64,000 nucleotides of DNA from Sporopachydermia quercuum. Taxonomy: Eukaryota. This document shows, piece after piece, positions 34,866 to 45,912 of this stretch. The DNA is taken from assembly GCA_001599295.1 (NCBI GenBank), contig BCGN01000004.1:996138-1060137 (forward strand). Direction: 5' to 3'. The translations under genes and the position numbers were made by a program. The notes below the pieces were generated by a model. That model did no database searches, was not told where the DNA came from, and saw nothing but the letters and a program-made list of their open reading frames with translations. Within the stretch, counting starts at the first letter, position 1. Each line of letters begins with the position of its first letter.

Positions 34866-36075
34866 ATTTTTTGGGGGATAATTTAGTTCGGTACACATTG
34901 TTTTCTTGTTAATATTTTCTTTAGTTTATAAATAGAATTACTTTTAATTAGTTGAGAAGTTGAATGTTGAATAATTTGTTGTCATTGTAGAAACTATCTG
35001 TCAAACCAAGGGTTTGAAAGAGGGCCTGAATTAGAACTATTAAAAGTTCGAATCCCCCTTAGCATTCACTGTTCATTCTTACCAATAGTTTCCACATTGT
35101 AAATTATTATAGAATATCGCCATGTAAGTAAAAAAAACTGGAATAATATCTAACTTAGGCTTAATGACTGTTCAAAATAATATGTAACTCTGCAGTCTGT
35201 ATAATTACAGAGAGACTCTTCATATCAGACAGCAGCACAGCTAACTATCTATCCTGACCATCATCTCATCACTCAGAAGCTAGATTTCACCTCATACTTG
35301 TGGTGTAAGTAGCGACATAATATGTAGCTACAAACCAGCCTTAAAATGTCTCTATGTAAAGGAAATAAGCCATTAAGAAGCGAACTAATCAACAATTCTG
35401 TAAAAGTATCATTGATCGTGAACTTACCGCCATAAAAGCCCTATTTATCACAATCGTTATCCTNCTTCGACAAACTTATTCTTTCTGTTGACTTCAATTT
35501 TGCACATAACTAGCTACATTTCTAAATANTGATTATATCATCATAATTAAAAACATGCTTGTTCTTACTGTTTATCAAAAATTGCTATATTTGGAACTCT
35601 GAAACTGTACTTATTATTACGGCAGGTCCTTCCTGAAATAGTAATATGTCAACGTACTATCTCATCGTGCAGATGGAAGAATTTCCAATCTACTTAATTT
35701 ACTCATTGTAATCATCACCATTTTTATCTTACTGTAATCGAAATAAAGGAGATATGAATTGATGATTCTGATGCCTATAATAGTACCTCGGCTACAGATT
35801 GAAATATTTGACTAAAGTTATATTGTGTGTGAGAAACCGCCAGAAGTTTATACGCTCATGAGAAACTGATGGATCAAGTAATAAAGGCATTGATTGGCTC
35901 ATTGATTTATTGATTGTTCTGAGAGGAAGAGATAAAGAAAGATCCTATTGATATTGTTGTATTTTACAAACAATATAAATACCGAGAACCAAGTTCATAT
36001 TATTAGCTGCAACTAGGAAGCTGGATCAAAAGCAGGATTGGTGGCTTGTCATTAGCATTCTATCTACTCTTGACA

Positions 36076-39000
36076 ATGGCGTTGTCAGACTTAGCAACGT
36101 TAGGTCTGGATGTGGAATCTCACCCATTTCTACCACCAGACGTTGAGAGGGAAAGGAAAGAGTTGGATTCTATACCAATTTTTCATCATGTATTGAAAAT
36201 CAGATCACTTATTATTTCAAAAGTTGATATATCATTGAAATACGATCAACTGAGATCCCCGCAGATATATTCATTTCTTGTGAAGCCAATCACCAATGAG
36301 CTGAAATCAAAAGAATATTTCAATAATGGAATAATTTACTCATTGATGGCAAATTTACATCAATTCAATAGAGAGATGTATTTGAATCCAATGATGGAAG
36401 GTGTTATGAATACACGGGCAATGATATGTGAATTCATTGCTATACGACTGATGAAAGAGTTTGAATTCGATAGTTTGGTGAATGCATTAACCTACGATTT
36501 CTACCCTTTAGCTAAAGGCGAGTATAATACTTATGAAGTAATATATCGCTGGCAAAGAGTCAGTGCATTAGAAGTTGCTATCAAAGCAGAAGCAAAACAT
36601 CTATTGTCCCATGCTATGGTTGTTCTAATTCTAGAAGAAATATGGAATGGATCTATAATGTTTCAGTCTAGTTTTGATAAGATGCATCGATTGGACTTTG
36701 ATATTCTATTGGAAGCTACAGATAATTCCAACAAAAGTACTTTGAGCAGTAATGTAATGGTCTTGAGTACTGGGAGCAGAGGTCCTGGAATGACTTACAG
36801 ATACGAAGATGCAAGTATATTTAAACTAAGTCGTTTGAGAGTACCAAAATATAGACATATGATCAATACTTTATCGTTTATGATTCTTGTGGTTTTATAC
36901 CTACTGGTTCTTTCGCATAAACATAAAAATTTGACAGTGACAGAAATAATCTTTTGGGCATGGAGTTTAGGATTTATTCTTGACGAACTTGTTGGATTCA
37001 ATGATGCTGGATTTACCTTATACGTAATATCATTATGGAACTTGTTTGATTTAGTTATATTACTCCTTTTAGTATTATATGCTGCTACCAGAATTTCAAG
37101 TTTGTTGATATTGCATAAGGAAAACACATCGACAATGCTTTTCTGCCTAATGAAAACTGTTATTCCGTCTATGTATTTTCAAAGGGCACATCAAAGTAAT
37201 CTCAATGATGAGCCAAGTAATAGTGGTGGTGATGATACTATCAAAGCGATTAATGATTTTGCTTTTGACATATTGGCAACTGTTGCTATATTCCTGTTTC
37301 CACGTCTGTTTTCTATTTTTGATCATTATCCATATATTGCTCAACTATTGGTTGCATTCAGACAAATGAGTATTGATCTGGTTGCATTATTAGGCGTTAT
37401 TGCAGTGTTTGCCTCGGGATTCTGGGTAGCGTTTACAATGTCATTCGCTCGCAAGATATTTTCTGCTCAACAAGTTGCTTGGGACATGTTAAGAATATTA
37501 TTTGGTTTCACTCCTGCTGTGTGGGAAAATTGGGAGATGTATTCACCTTTAGGTAAAGTAATTTTGCTTCTATACCTATTCATAACGCAATTTCTCATTG
37601 TTACTATACTTATTGCTGTTTTATCGAATTCTTTTGCTAAAATCGCTGCGAATTCTAATGAAGAGTTTAGATTTCTTGTTGCAGTGAATATTGTTACGAT
37701 GATCAAGTCTGAATCATCATCGCTTTTCTCATACTACGCTCCTTTGAATATTATCGAGTATGTTGTGAGACCTTTGTATTACGTTTTGCCTATAAAACAG
37801 TTTTTGATTCTCAACAGAACAATCATCAAAGTTACCCATCTACCGTTTCTTTTAGGGATTTTCATTCATGAAAGATTACATCTCAGATACCTTCGAAAGA
37901 ACAACTATGATACTCTGAAGAACAGAAGTTATTATAGAAGATTAAAAGACACTGAAACCGGAACAGGAACAGGAACAGGAACAGGAGGATATAATGGGAA
38001 TAAAATAATGACAAAAAGAAGCAATGAATATAGGTCCAAGAAAGGGAAAAAGTCTAATAAATCAGATACTAATATTGTTGCATTGAAAAGAGATGAGGAT
38101 TCAAATAAGAGTTCCAGTGATTATCAGTTTGCATCAAGCAGGAATGCTCATAAGCTCAACAAACCTACTAGATATACAGAACCTTCTGAACAGCAAAACT
38201 ATAGAAAAGCTGCTAATAATGGGCTCAGAGAACCAACTGAAAGACAGCCATTACTTACTCCAATTTTGCCACGAAAGTTATCACATAATACCTTTGCTGG
38301 TTCTCTACCAAGGCCATCAAATTTCGAACTGTTGGACTCAGTTTTCAGTGATCAGCCTCCTTCAGATAATAGCAAATCAGATAAGAGAACCTTCACAGCT
38401 TCTCATGCTATGGAAAATAGACATTCAACTATGGAGGAAGAAGATTCTTCTCGGTCAAATTCATATTCTAGGCCCAATGAGACTTCTTTTAGACCTTCGT
38501 TCTTCAAGCAAGGATACACGATTCACGAATTAGCTCCACATTCACAATTGAGACGTAAATCTGATCCTGAGATTGTTGTTACTAAGGATAACGATGGTGC
38601 GGGGGGTATATCGAACAGGTCATCTCGGACTATGACATTGAGTATACTTCCCAAACTGAAGAGAAAAGAAAGTATTATGAAGAAATCTAATAGCAATTCA
38701 TTGAATAGTTTGATTCCAGCTAATCCTTCGAATCGACCATATCAAAGCAATACTGTTTCAACAACTTCTAAAACTAGCCTAGGAAAGGATAATGTGTCAA
38801 TATATGATACCGTGAATAGTATGGACTATTACGAAAGAGCCCTAAGCAACGACACTACAAGAAGCAAGCTTTTGAAATTACTTCGGCCAGGAAGAAGGAA
38901 AAGAAGCGTGGCAACTTTTGGGAATCAAGTGGTTGGAATCCAAGATCTTTTATCATTAATTGGCGGTGATTGTAGCGGCGAGTATAAATCTGATTCTTTG

Positions 39001-39288
39001 AAGAATCATGAAGATTCCATTGATAACAACAGTAACAGTATCAATGCTGATGATGATGATGATGATGATGACAATGAGAGCAATGATGATAATAATAATC
39101 TAATGAAAGTGACTAGAGAAGATAGAGATATTGACAACAGCTCGATGGAAGACGATAAAGATATACAAATAGAATATGATGATGGGATAGAAGATACAAT
39201 GGAAGATTTGCTAGGTAGAATCAACTCATTGGAAAATTCAATGAAACGTGTAGAACAGCTTTTGGGTAAATTGGTGAACTCCAAATAG
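36076..39288 (+). CDS. TRP-like (Yvc1-related) multi-pass cation channel with long disordered C-terminus
   Basis: SALEVAIKAEAK.LLSH..V...LEEIWNG, SRLRVPKY, several TM segments and LIVTILIAVLSNSF S6 motif. First ATG is at 36076. Confidence 0.85.
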   Translation: MALSDLATLGLDVESHPFLPPDVERERKELDSIPIFHHVLKIRSLIISKVDISLKYDQLRSPQIYSFLVKPITNELKSKEYFNNGIIYSLMANLHQFNREMYLNPMMEGVMNTRAMICEFIAIRLMKEFEFDSLVNALTYDFYPLAKGEYNTYEVIYRWQRVSALEVAIKAEAKHLLSHAMVVLILEEIWNGSIMFQSSFDKMHRLDFDILLEATDNSNKSTLSSNVMVLSTGSRGPGMTYRYEDASIFKLSRLRVPKYRHMINTLSFMILVVLYLLVLSHKHKNLTVTEIIFWAWSLGFILDELVGFNDAGFTLYVISLWNLFDLVILLLLVLYAATRISSLLILHKENTSTMLFCLMKTVIPSMYFQRAHQSNLNDEPSNSGGDDTIKAINDFAFDILATVAIFLFPRLFSIFDHYPYIAQLLVAFRQMSIDLVALLGVIAVFASGFWVAFTMSFARKIFSAQQVAWDMLRILFGFTPAVWENWEMYSPLGKVILLLYLFITQFLIVTILIAVLSNSFAKIAANSNEEFRFLVAVNIVTMIKSESSSLFSYYAPLNIIEYVVRPLYYVLPIKQFLILNRTIIKVTHLPFLLGIFIHERLHLRYLRKNNYDTLKNRSYYRRLKDTETGTGTGTGTGGYNGNKIMTKRSNEYRSKKGKKSNKSDTNIVALKRDEDSNKSSSDYQFASSRNAHKLNKPTRYTEPSEQQNYRKAANNGLREPTERQPLLTPILPRKLSHNTFAGSLPRPSNFELLDSVFSDQPPSDNSKSDKRTFTASHAMENRHSTMEEEDSSRSNSYSRPNETSFRPSFFKQGYTIHELAPHSQLRRKSDPEIVVTKDNDGAGGISNRSSRTMTLSILPKLKRKESIMKKSNSNSLNSLIPANPSNRPYQSNTVSTTSKTSLGKDNVSIYDTVNSMDYYERALSNDTTRSKLLKLLRPGRRKRSVATFGNQVVGIQDLLSLIGGDCSGEYKSDSLKNHEDSIDNNSNSINADDDDDDDDNESNDDNNNLMKVTREDRDIDNSSMEDDKDIQIEYDDGIEDTMEDLLGRINSLENSMKRVEQLLGKLVNSK

Positions 39289-39516
39289 ATGAATGTTAAT
39301 GAATGATATACATAAAAAAAAGCAAAACACTATGAATCTGTCGTAAGGAAATATACTCAATGTAGGTATATCAGTAGGTAGTTTAAGACATGTTAAAGAA
39401 TATTTATTTTCGATGATAACAAAAACACAACGATTTGATTTCCAACAACCTTTTGCACCGACCAAGACTTGTTGAAAAGAAAATCATTTCAACAAATGCA
39501 CCTCAAGTTTAGCTGA

Positions 39517-40705
39517 TTATTTGACAAGGGCAGCAAGAGCCTCCAAAACTTCAACTTCAATAGCAGCTTCGGCAGCGACAGTTTCGTCAGATGATGCTGC
39601 ATTCTTTTGAGCTTCTGCCAAGTTTGCCTTCACATATTCAGGAGAGAAGTTGTCTAAGGGGAAAGCTTCAATAGTGGTGATGTTCAAGTGAGAGTTAGGT
39701 TGAACGGTAGCGAAACCACCAGAGACTATACGAAAAAAAAAAAGATAAACTGTTAGTACTTGTTCTGGTGCAGTAAACTATTGATCGATTAGGGATAAAC
39801 ATACTGAAATATTGCTTGGTGGTACCAGCGGATTCAATAATTTCAACTAAACCAGGCTTCAATTCTTCAACGGTAGGAACGTGGTTAGCCAAAACACCGA
39901 GATCACCAGAAGCAGCGGGAAGGTTGACTTGTAAACTATTCTATTGTTAGTAAAATTATTGTCCGTGATTCCCTGATAATTCCTGTAGATTCCGTTCAAC
40001 ACATCAATATATCAATTGATCAACCAATCAATCTCCAAGTTTCACCCTGAGAATTTAAATAGTTGGGACACCATATGCTAATGCTAGACTAGAATCTATT
40101 TGATCACCGCTTCCTCATTATTGACTATCTACGTTTCATATTGATTGACAAGTTTGTCTGATATATATTATCGTCATGCATAGCTACTTCTTATTCACAA
40201 CTGATTCATTTCAACTCTTGACTGGACTTACACTTCAGTGTTGGTGTACAATGTCTATAGTTAAATATTAGTAACTCGTTTTCATAACCTTTAACAAACG
40301 GGATCATCATGCTCTTTAGACGTAGTACGCAACTGATGGATATCATCGCCAATCATAGCAAAACTCAACCGGCATTCAATCTTAATAATTGAAAGTCCTG
40401 TTCGCGTCTGACTACAATTTTCCTATCGCTTTCTCATATTGGTTAACTACCGCATCTCACATATTCTCCAGGGAGAAAACGTCACTTTGATTCACACAAA
40501 CTTGACATAACACCGACCACATCTCAATCCAAAGAACACAAAACAAGTAGTAAATCAAATCAATTCATACATCGTGAGGTAAAGCAAATGACAAAGTAAG
40601 CTTGTCGGCAGCAGCAGCTTCAGCGTAACCTCTTCTCAACACAGTTGAGGCAGCTCTGGTAGAAGCTCTCAATGAGCTAGTAGCAGCATATCTGAACAAT
40701 GACAT
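39517..40705 (-). CDS. ATP16: Mitochondrial F1 ATP synthase delta subunit; exons 40705-40571, 40254-40232, 39935-39805 and 39725-39517 (165 aa)
   Basis: Presequence ...RRGYAEAAAADKLTLSFALPHD, then TLYTNTEV LQVNLPAASGDLGVLANHVP...YF ISGGFATVQP. Donors GTATGA, GTAAGT and GTATGT; branches TACTAAT and TACTAAC. Exons sum to 498 nt in frame. Confidence 0.95.
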
Positions 40706-41319
40706 CCTGGTAAAATTTGATAATTTCTTGGCTGATACTATCACAATTCGTTGTTTCCTACAAGTCAAACAAACAAATACTGCTATCCAATCGTTTCCTT
40801 TATCATTCACTCTTTTCACTTATGTTCAGCATGAGAAAAGGGGTCGATGATTCAATTGTGGACGTTCACTATGAGTTTACTGCTAACAAATGAAAAATGG
40901 CCGTATTTACACCTTTACACCTATTNTCGAAAACCGTCCAAATTAGGGGGATAGATTTGTACTTATACGGGGGTGAGCCAAGAGATGCGAGTAGGTACAG
41001 ATGTTTGGGTTTCAACATCACGTATCATTGCGTGTGAGTGAAAGAAAAGAAACATTTCGGAATATAAGATTGATATTGATTGATACAGAATTATAATGAG
41101 TGATAGTTGTATAACCTAATGAACAACATTGAGGAAGTAAACTTTTTATTTATACTGTATTACACAGAGAATCGAGGATCCGTGGAGCATTATTAGCTGG
41201 TTGTGATGCATTTGAATAAGGAAAAGTCGACAAATAAAGGATCAATGGAGAGTTGAGAATAAATAAGAGAAAGCCGATTATATCGTGGATAATTATATTA
41301 GAACCCTTATTCTACAATA

Positions 41320-42450
41320 ATGGCGCCTAGCAATAAATCAGGCGCTTTAAGCACATCTGTATTGGCAGGTAATGCCGAATCTTTGATTATAAATAGGAAC
41401 AAAGCTATTCCCGATGAACTAAACCGAACGTTGGATCAAGTATATGTAGCCATAGGGCGAGCGTTAGATGATATTTCGGTGAACAGATATTCTCACATAG
41501 AAGTGCCCAACCAACCAAAGAATAAACTACAGAGCCAAGTAAATGAGTGCATGGTGAAGTTAAACTCAATATTTGATAGCGTTGAATTCAATCTAGACTT
41601 TGTTAAAAATGAGGTAAAACTCGACATAAGAAATGCAATATCCAAAGCCAAAGCTGCTGAAAAGGTTCAGGAATCCATTAATACTATAAATACTAATGGA
41701 CAAAATCACCTCAATTTGACAAATAATATTACCAATTCCACAGTTCAACAGAATAAAGATATAAATTTCAAACATACGGAGGCTTTAAGCATAAAACAAG
41801 AGAATGAAGATGGACTGAATGATTATAGAAATCAGCTATATCTTGACGATTTCCAAAGTGATGACTTGCTAGGTTTCAATCCCAGTGAGGATCCATTACT
41901 TAATTTCAATTCCCCGATTTTCAATAATATGGAAGATCAGTTGAGTGTTGACGCTCTAGAAAACCAGGATCTAAAATCAACCATGAATGACACGTCAGAT
42001 ATCAACGCTAGCAACGAAAGCAGTGACAGCAAATCATCAACTATAAAAGATGAGGGAAAAATCAGTAGTAATCCTATTTCCCGCACAGATGCCAATAACG
42101 ATTATCTTATAATGTCGCAACCGAACCCCGATACACAAATCATAGTGGACGAAAATGATAATGAAACCGCGCACTCCAACAATGATCTTGAAGACTTATT
42201 TGGACCGGAAGAAGCAGACAGGAAAGATGATGAAACCTTTGCTCTAACGTCGAAGAACGTTGATATGGACAGTAATTTAACTTCTTTTCTACAATCAGGT
42301 AGTTTATCGGCAGGTTTCTTCAATGACCAGAATTTTGACTATGATCCAGGCAATACTAATGATAATGGTGGTAAGAATGAGAACATAGATGAAAATGGGC
42401 TTCAAATGTCAGAATTTGATGACTTTAATTTCATGACGGATAGCTTGTAA
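41320..42450 (+). CDS. Hypothetical protein with helical N-terminus and N/D-rich acidic tail (possibly Mediator Med2-like)
   Basis: 376-aa ATG ORF. Architecture resembles yeast Med2, but the family is not confidently recognised. Confidence 0.75.
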   Translation: MAPSNKSGALSTSVLAGNAESLIINRNKAIPDELNRTLDQVYVAIGRALDDISVNRYSHIEVPNQPKNKLQSQVNECMVKLNSIFDSVEFNLDFVKNEVKLDIRNAISKAKAAEKVQESINTINTNGQNHLNLTNNITNSTVQQNKDINFKHTEALSIKQENEDGLNDYRNQLYLDDFQSDDLLGFNPSEDPLLNFNSPIFNNMEDQLSVDALENQDLKSTMNDTSDINASNESSDSKSSTIKDEGKISSNPISRTDANNDYLIMSQPNPDTQIIVDENDNETAHSNNDLEDLFGPEEADRKDDETFALTSKNVDMDSNLTSFLQSGSLSAGFFNDQNFDYDPGNTNDNGGKNENIDENGLQMSEFDDFNFMTDSL

Positions 42451-42887
42451 TTTAGTAATAGTAGTTCAATGATAGCTATGAAATCTATCAAAATCGATTG
42501 AATGATTTGTAAGAGAGAGCGCAATCTTTCAGCATGATGAGATTTCATTTACTACTGTTAGTAGAGAATGAATTGATATTGTTCGTGACAAGACAAATGT
42601 TGTCCGATTCAAAAACAAACTGTATAATATTCGGGCAATATTAACCTAATCTAATAATTATCCGTAAATGACCTCTTTAGTATGTAAAATCAAGGTGAGT
42701 AATCACACAACAAATAAACAAGTGCATACAACGCAATAGAAACTACATAGCTAACCAATGCAACAAACCTAATAATCAACAACAATAAACACACTCAACA
42801 AACAACAAAGCAATTCGAACAACTTACAAATTAAAGCAAGAAATTAATATTTTCAATGATCACAAAATACACCAACCGTAAGACTTT

Positions 42888-45800
42888 TTATATATAGACC
42901 ATGATATCACGAATATTCGCATGAATGCCTGACCCAAGCATTTCTAAACTAGCCTCTTTAGGGTCTTTCCTGATATCCTAATCACATCCAGCGATATAAT
43001 GTCTACCTCTGGTGCATAATAAATCAGCATAGTACGCAGGAGGAACAATTTTTAACTGGGTGGCACGAGAGAAAATATAACATAAGTTATTGGTCAAGCG
43101 TTGAATCATGTCAGCCGTGGATCCGTTATCATCAGCAAGAACATAATAATGTCCAGGAATACCTGTATCTTTCAATGCCTGTTGGGTTTGTAAATAGAAG
43201 TCCCATGCAGCAACTGACGTAATTCCTTTATCAGTGACAGTACCAGGAATAACATTGTCAAAAGACTGAGCGGCAATAGTTTGTCCCTGTTTATCGGTTA
43301 CATTATCCACTAAAGGATAGAATCTAGTATGATGCCGTTTAACAATAATAACGTAAGTGACTTTGGGGTTAAAATCTTGGATCTGGAGCTTCTTCAAGGC
43401 AAAGTCTTTCAACCCCTTCTTAACTGAAGGAATTTCCTCTTTCATCAGAGTAGGAAATTGCCCTTCAGAGACACCATCACGGTACATAACAACTCTTGAG
43501 GGTAATTTACCAACTTTTTTATAAAATGTAGCTAAACGCTCTTCAACTAGTAGATCCATATCTGCAATTACTTCTGTACGTGAGTCTTGAATGGCAATTC
43601 CACCAGGAAAATTGTTGAGCTTAGAGTCAACCTAACCAACTACACCAGCGACTGAAGGCATTGGAGATCCAGGACTTGGATGTATAACATCAGCACCAAG
43701 AACAAAGACTGGAACTCTTTTACTATCATAAAGTAAGTTAGAGTCATTTCCCGATAACACGTGATTGACACCACCAAGCTTCAAGTTAACTTTCATAGAA
43801 GCATTTGAGAAGTATGCACTGTCAAAACTGCTTCCCTTCCTTTTGGTAAATTTACGATAAATAACACAAGAAGATAGGATACCGAATCTCAAATCAACTA
43901 GACATTTGACTAATCCATATAATAATCTATTTTCTCTAGGTAGTACCACTAGGACATAGGAGCAACGATCCTTTTTAATGGCTTCCAAAGCTCAGATCAA
44001 GGATTGCTCAGTAAAATCGGTGTTTGATTCATAATGAATATCATAAATCTTAGGAGTTCCAAATCTTATACTATGACCTTCTACTTGACGAGTGGAAGCA
44101 GCGACCGCATCTTGAATTTGGTTGAAGTCCATTCTTGAGTCCAAAATTGGTAGCACAGCAAGTCTTCTGGTAGCTCTTCCTGCTTCTACATATTGTAAAC
44201 GCATCAAGTTCCAAGATTCCTTGGATCTTTCTGACCTACCATCTAAGGGTTTTGGTTGATATTCAATAGTGCTGTTCTTGCAATGAACAATAGGTGCATC
44301 CAAAATACGAGCTGGTACGGTCATGAGTTTGGTTCCCACCCGGGGATTACTTTCGAACCTGAAAACCTTAGTAATGTTTTCTTTTTGAATTAAGCCCGCG
44401 TTTTCAGCAGGAGATCAACAAGTGTAATCCAGCATTGCCTTCGTGTCATAGAATTCGCCAGTGTAAGCTTGTCCCGGGATGACCAAAGCCAATTCAGGAG
44501 GTAAGTAAGTATCACCACCCATATGAATTAATGGTAAATGGGGATACTTCAATCTAAGCTTCCATCTGATATCAAAATATTGAGTAATATTAATAGTTTT
44601 ACCTTCAAATTCAAAAGTCTTTTCGTTAGCACTTTCACGAACAAAATCGGTGATAGATTTTGGTGCGAACTTAGGAATATGAGATCTAGTAAACCGTAAT
44701 CCTTTGAAGAAAGATTTAACACTGTAAACCTTTCCGGCGTCAACATCTCGTAAATCAGATCCCAAATAATCAGCCAATAATTCAGCGACAGACATAGGAC
44801 TTCCATCTGGGTTATGCGCTTTATAAAATGGTGTTGCTGCAACATTGACATTGATAAGAACTCTATCAAAAGTAGTTCGTACGGATAAGAAGTAACCAGT
44901 GCAAAGATACAATCCTTTCTGGAAAGCGGTTTCAGGTTTAGCTTTATCAACAATATAATACTTGTTTCTTCCAATACTGTAAATTTCTGGCCTTTTTGAT
45001 GTAGAAAAGCCCAACAAAAAAGCTAAAGCGTTAGTATAAGGAGCAGGGTCGAGGTCGTATTCATTAGGAGATGTCAACTTAACATGATCAATCAAATGAT
45101 CCATGCCATATAATGCTTGAGGAAGGATATCAAGATATAAAGGTTCTGACTTTTTGGCACCTGCTGGTTCTGAAGGTGCTTCAGAAGTTCCTTCCNCCGG
45201 CGGATTCACTTCTTCCTTGGTTCCTTTCGTCATCATTACTCTTAGACCTTTTATGAGGTCAATTGGCAATTCACGAGCACTATAAATGGTATCGGCATTA
45301 TTATGAGCCAAGAACCTAACGAGATCAGAGAAGGGCTTCTTGGTAAATAATTCACCAATCAACCTAGTTTAAGCTTTCTCTTTGTTTGCATTTGAACAGG
45401 AAACTCAACGAAGTATGTCCAGATTTTTAGTTTCTTAACATCAAAGTTAAGATAATTGGTACCAATTCTCGTTTCAATACCGTCTTTTCCATATCCAGGT
45501 CTGAGATGAATAACGGATGAGGTAATAACCTTTTTGACTTCTTGAATTGCCCCAGTGCTATCAGGAGCAGGAATACTAGTGTCAAAATTAGATCGAAAAT
45601 CAATTCGTCGTGGTACAATAGTTGATCCTCCAAAGCCATCAAAGCCACCTCTACTGCCTCTTGTCCTCCTCTAAAATCACCTCTTCCACCTCTTCCAAAG
45701 TCGCATCTTCCATATCTATCCCTACCACCACGTTCACTACGAGGGTAATCACTTTGACCTCTTTCCTCGCGTCTCTGTCTGGGATATCCGGAGATTCCAC

Positions 45801-45912
45801 CTGTTGAAGGTTAGTTACAAAGGAGTTCAGTTCAATTGCTAATATCAAATCCCGAACAAAAGTTCGGTTCAATTGTTAATAACATACCCCTAGAATTCCT
45901 TCTGAATGACAT
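42888..45912 (-). pseudogene. AGO1: Argonaute (RNAi effector) pseudogene, about 979 codons when repaired
   Basis: ATG at 45912; intron 45887-45801; RGG-rich N-terminus; RPGYGKDG..IGTNY; PAZ YF...WKLRLKYPHLP...LPPEL; MID/PIWI KVNLKLGGVNH, LGADVIHPSP, YRDGVSEGQF, VKRHHTRFYP and PPAYYADL; C-terminus IHANIRDIMVYI* at 42888. Lesions: 1-nt frameshifts at ~45662 and ~45366; stops TGA 44415, TGA 43992, TAG 43632 and TAG 42978. Confidence 0.95.

Noticed and set aside
35010..35066. tRNA-like T-loop sequence GTTCGAATCC
   Set aside because: The T-stem does not pair (AAAAG versus CCCCT), and no D-arm/A-box or acceptor stem could be built.
42888..45912. Argonaute rescued by stop-codon reassignment, readthrough or A-to-I editing
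   Set aside because: TGA and TAG terminate ordinary genes in this window (ADE6 and MCD1 end in TGA; the Zn2Cys6 factor and PAC11 end in TAG). Editing would place Trp at a normally Ser position (VVG*VD). Two frameshifts with no intron signals around them would still remain.
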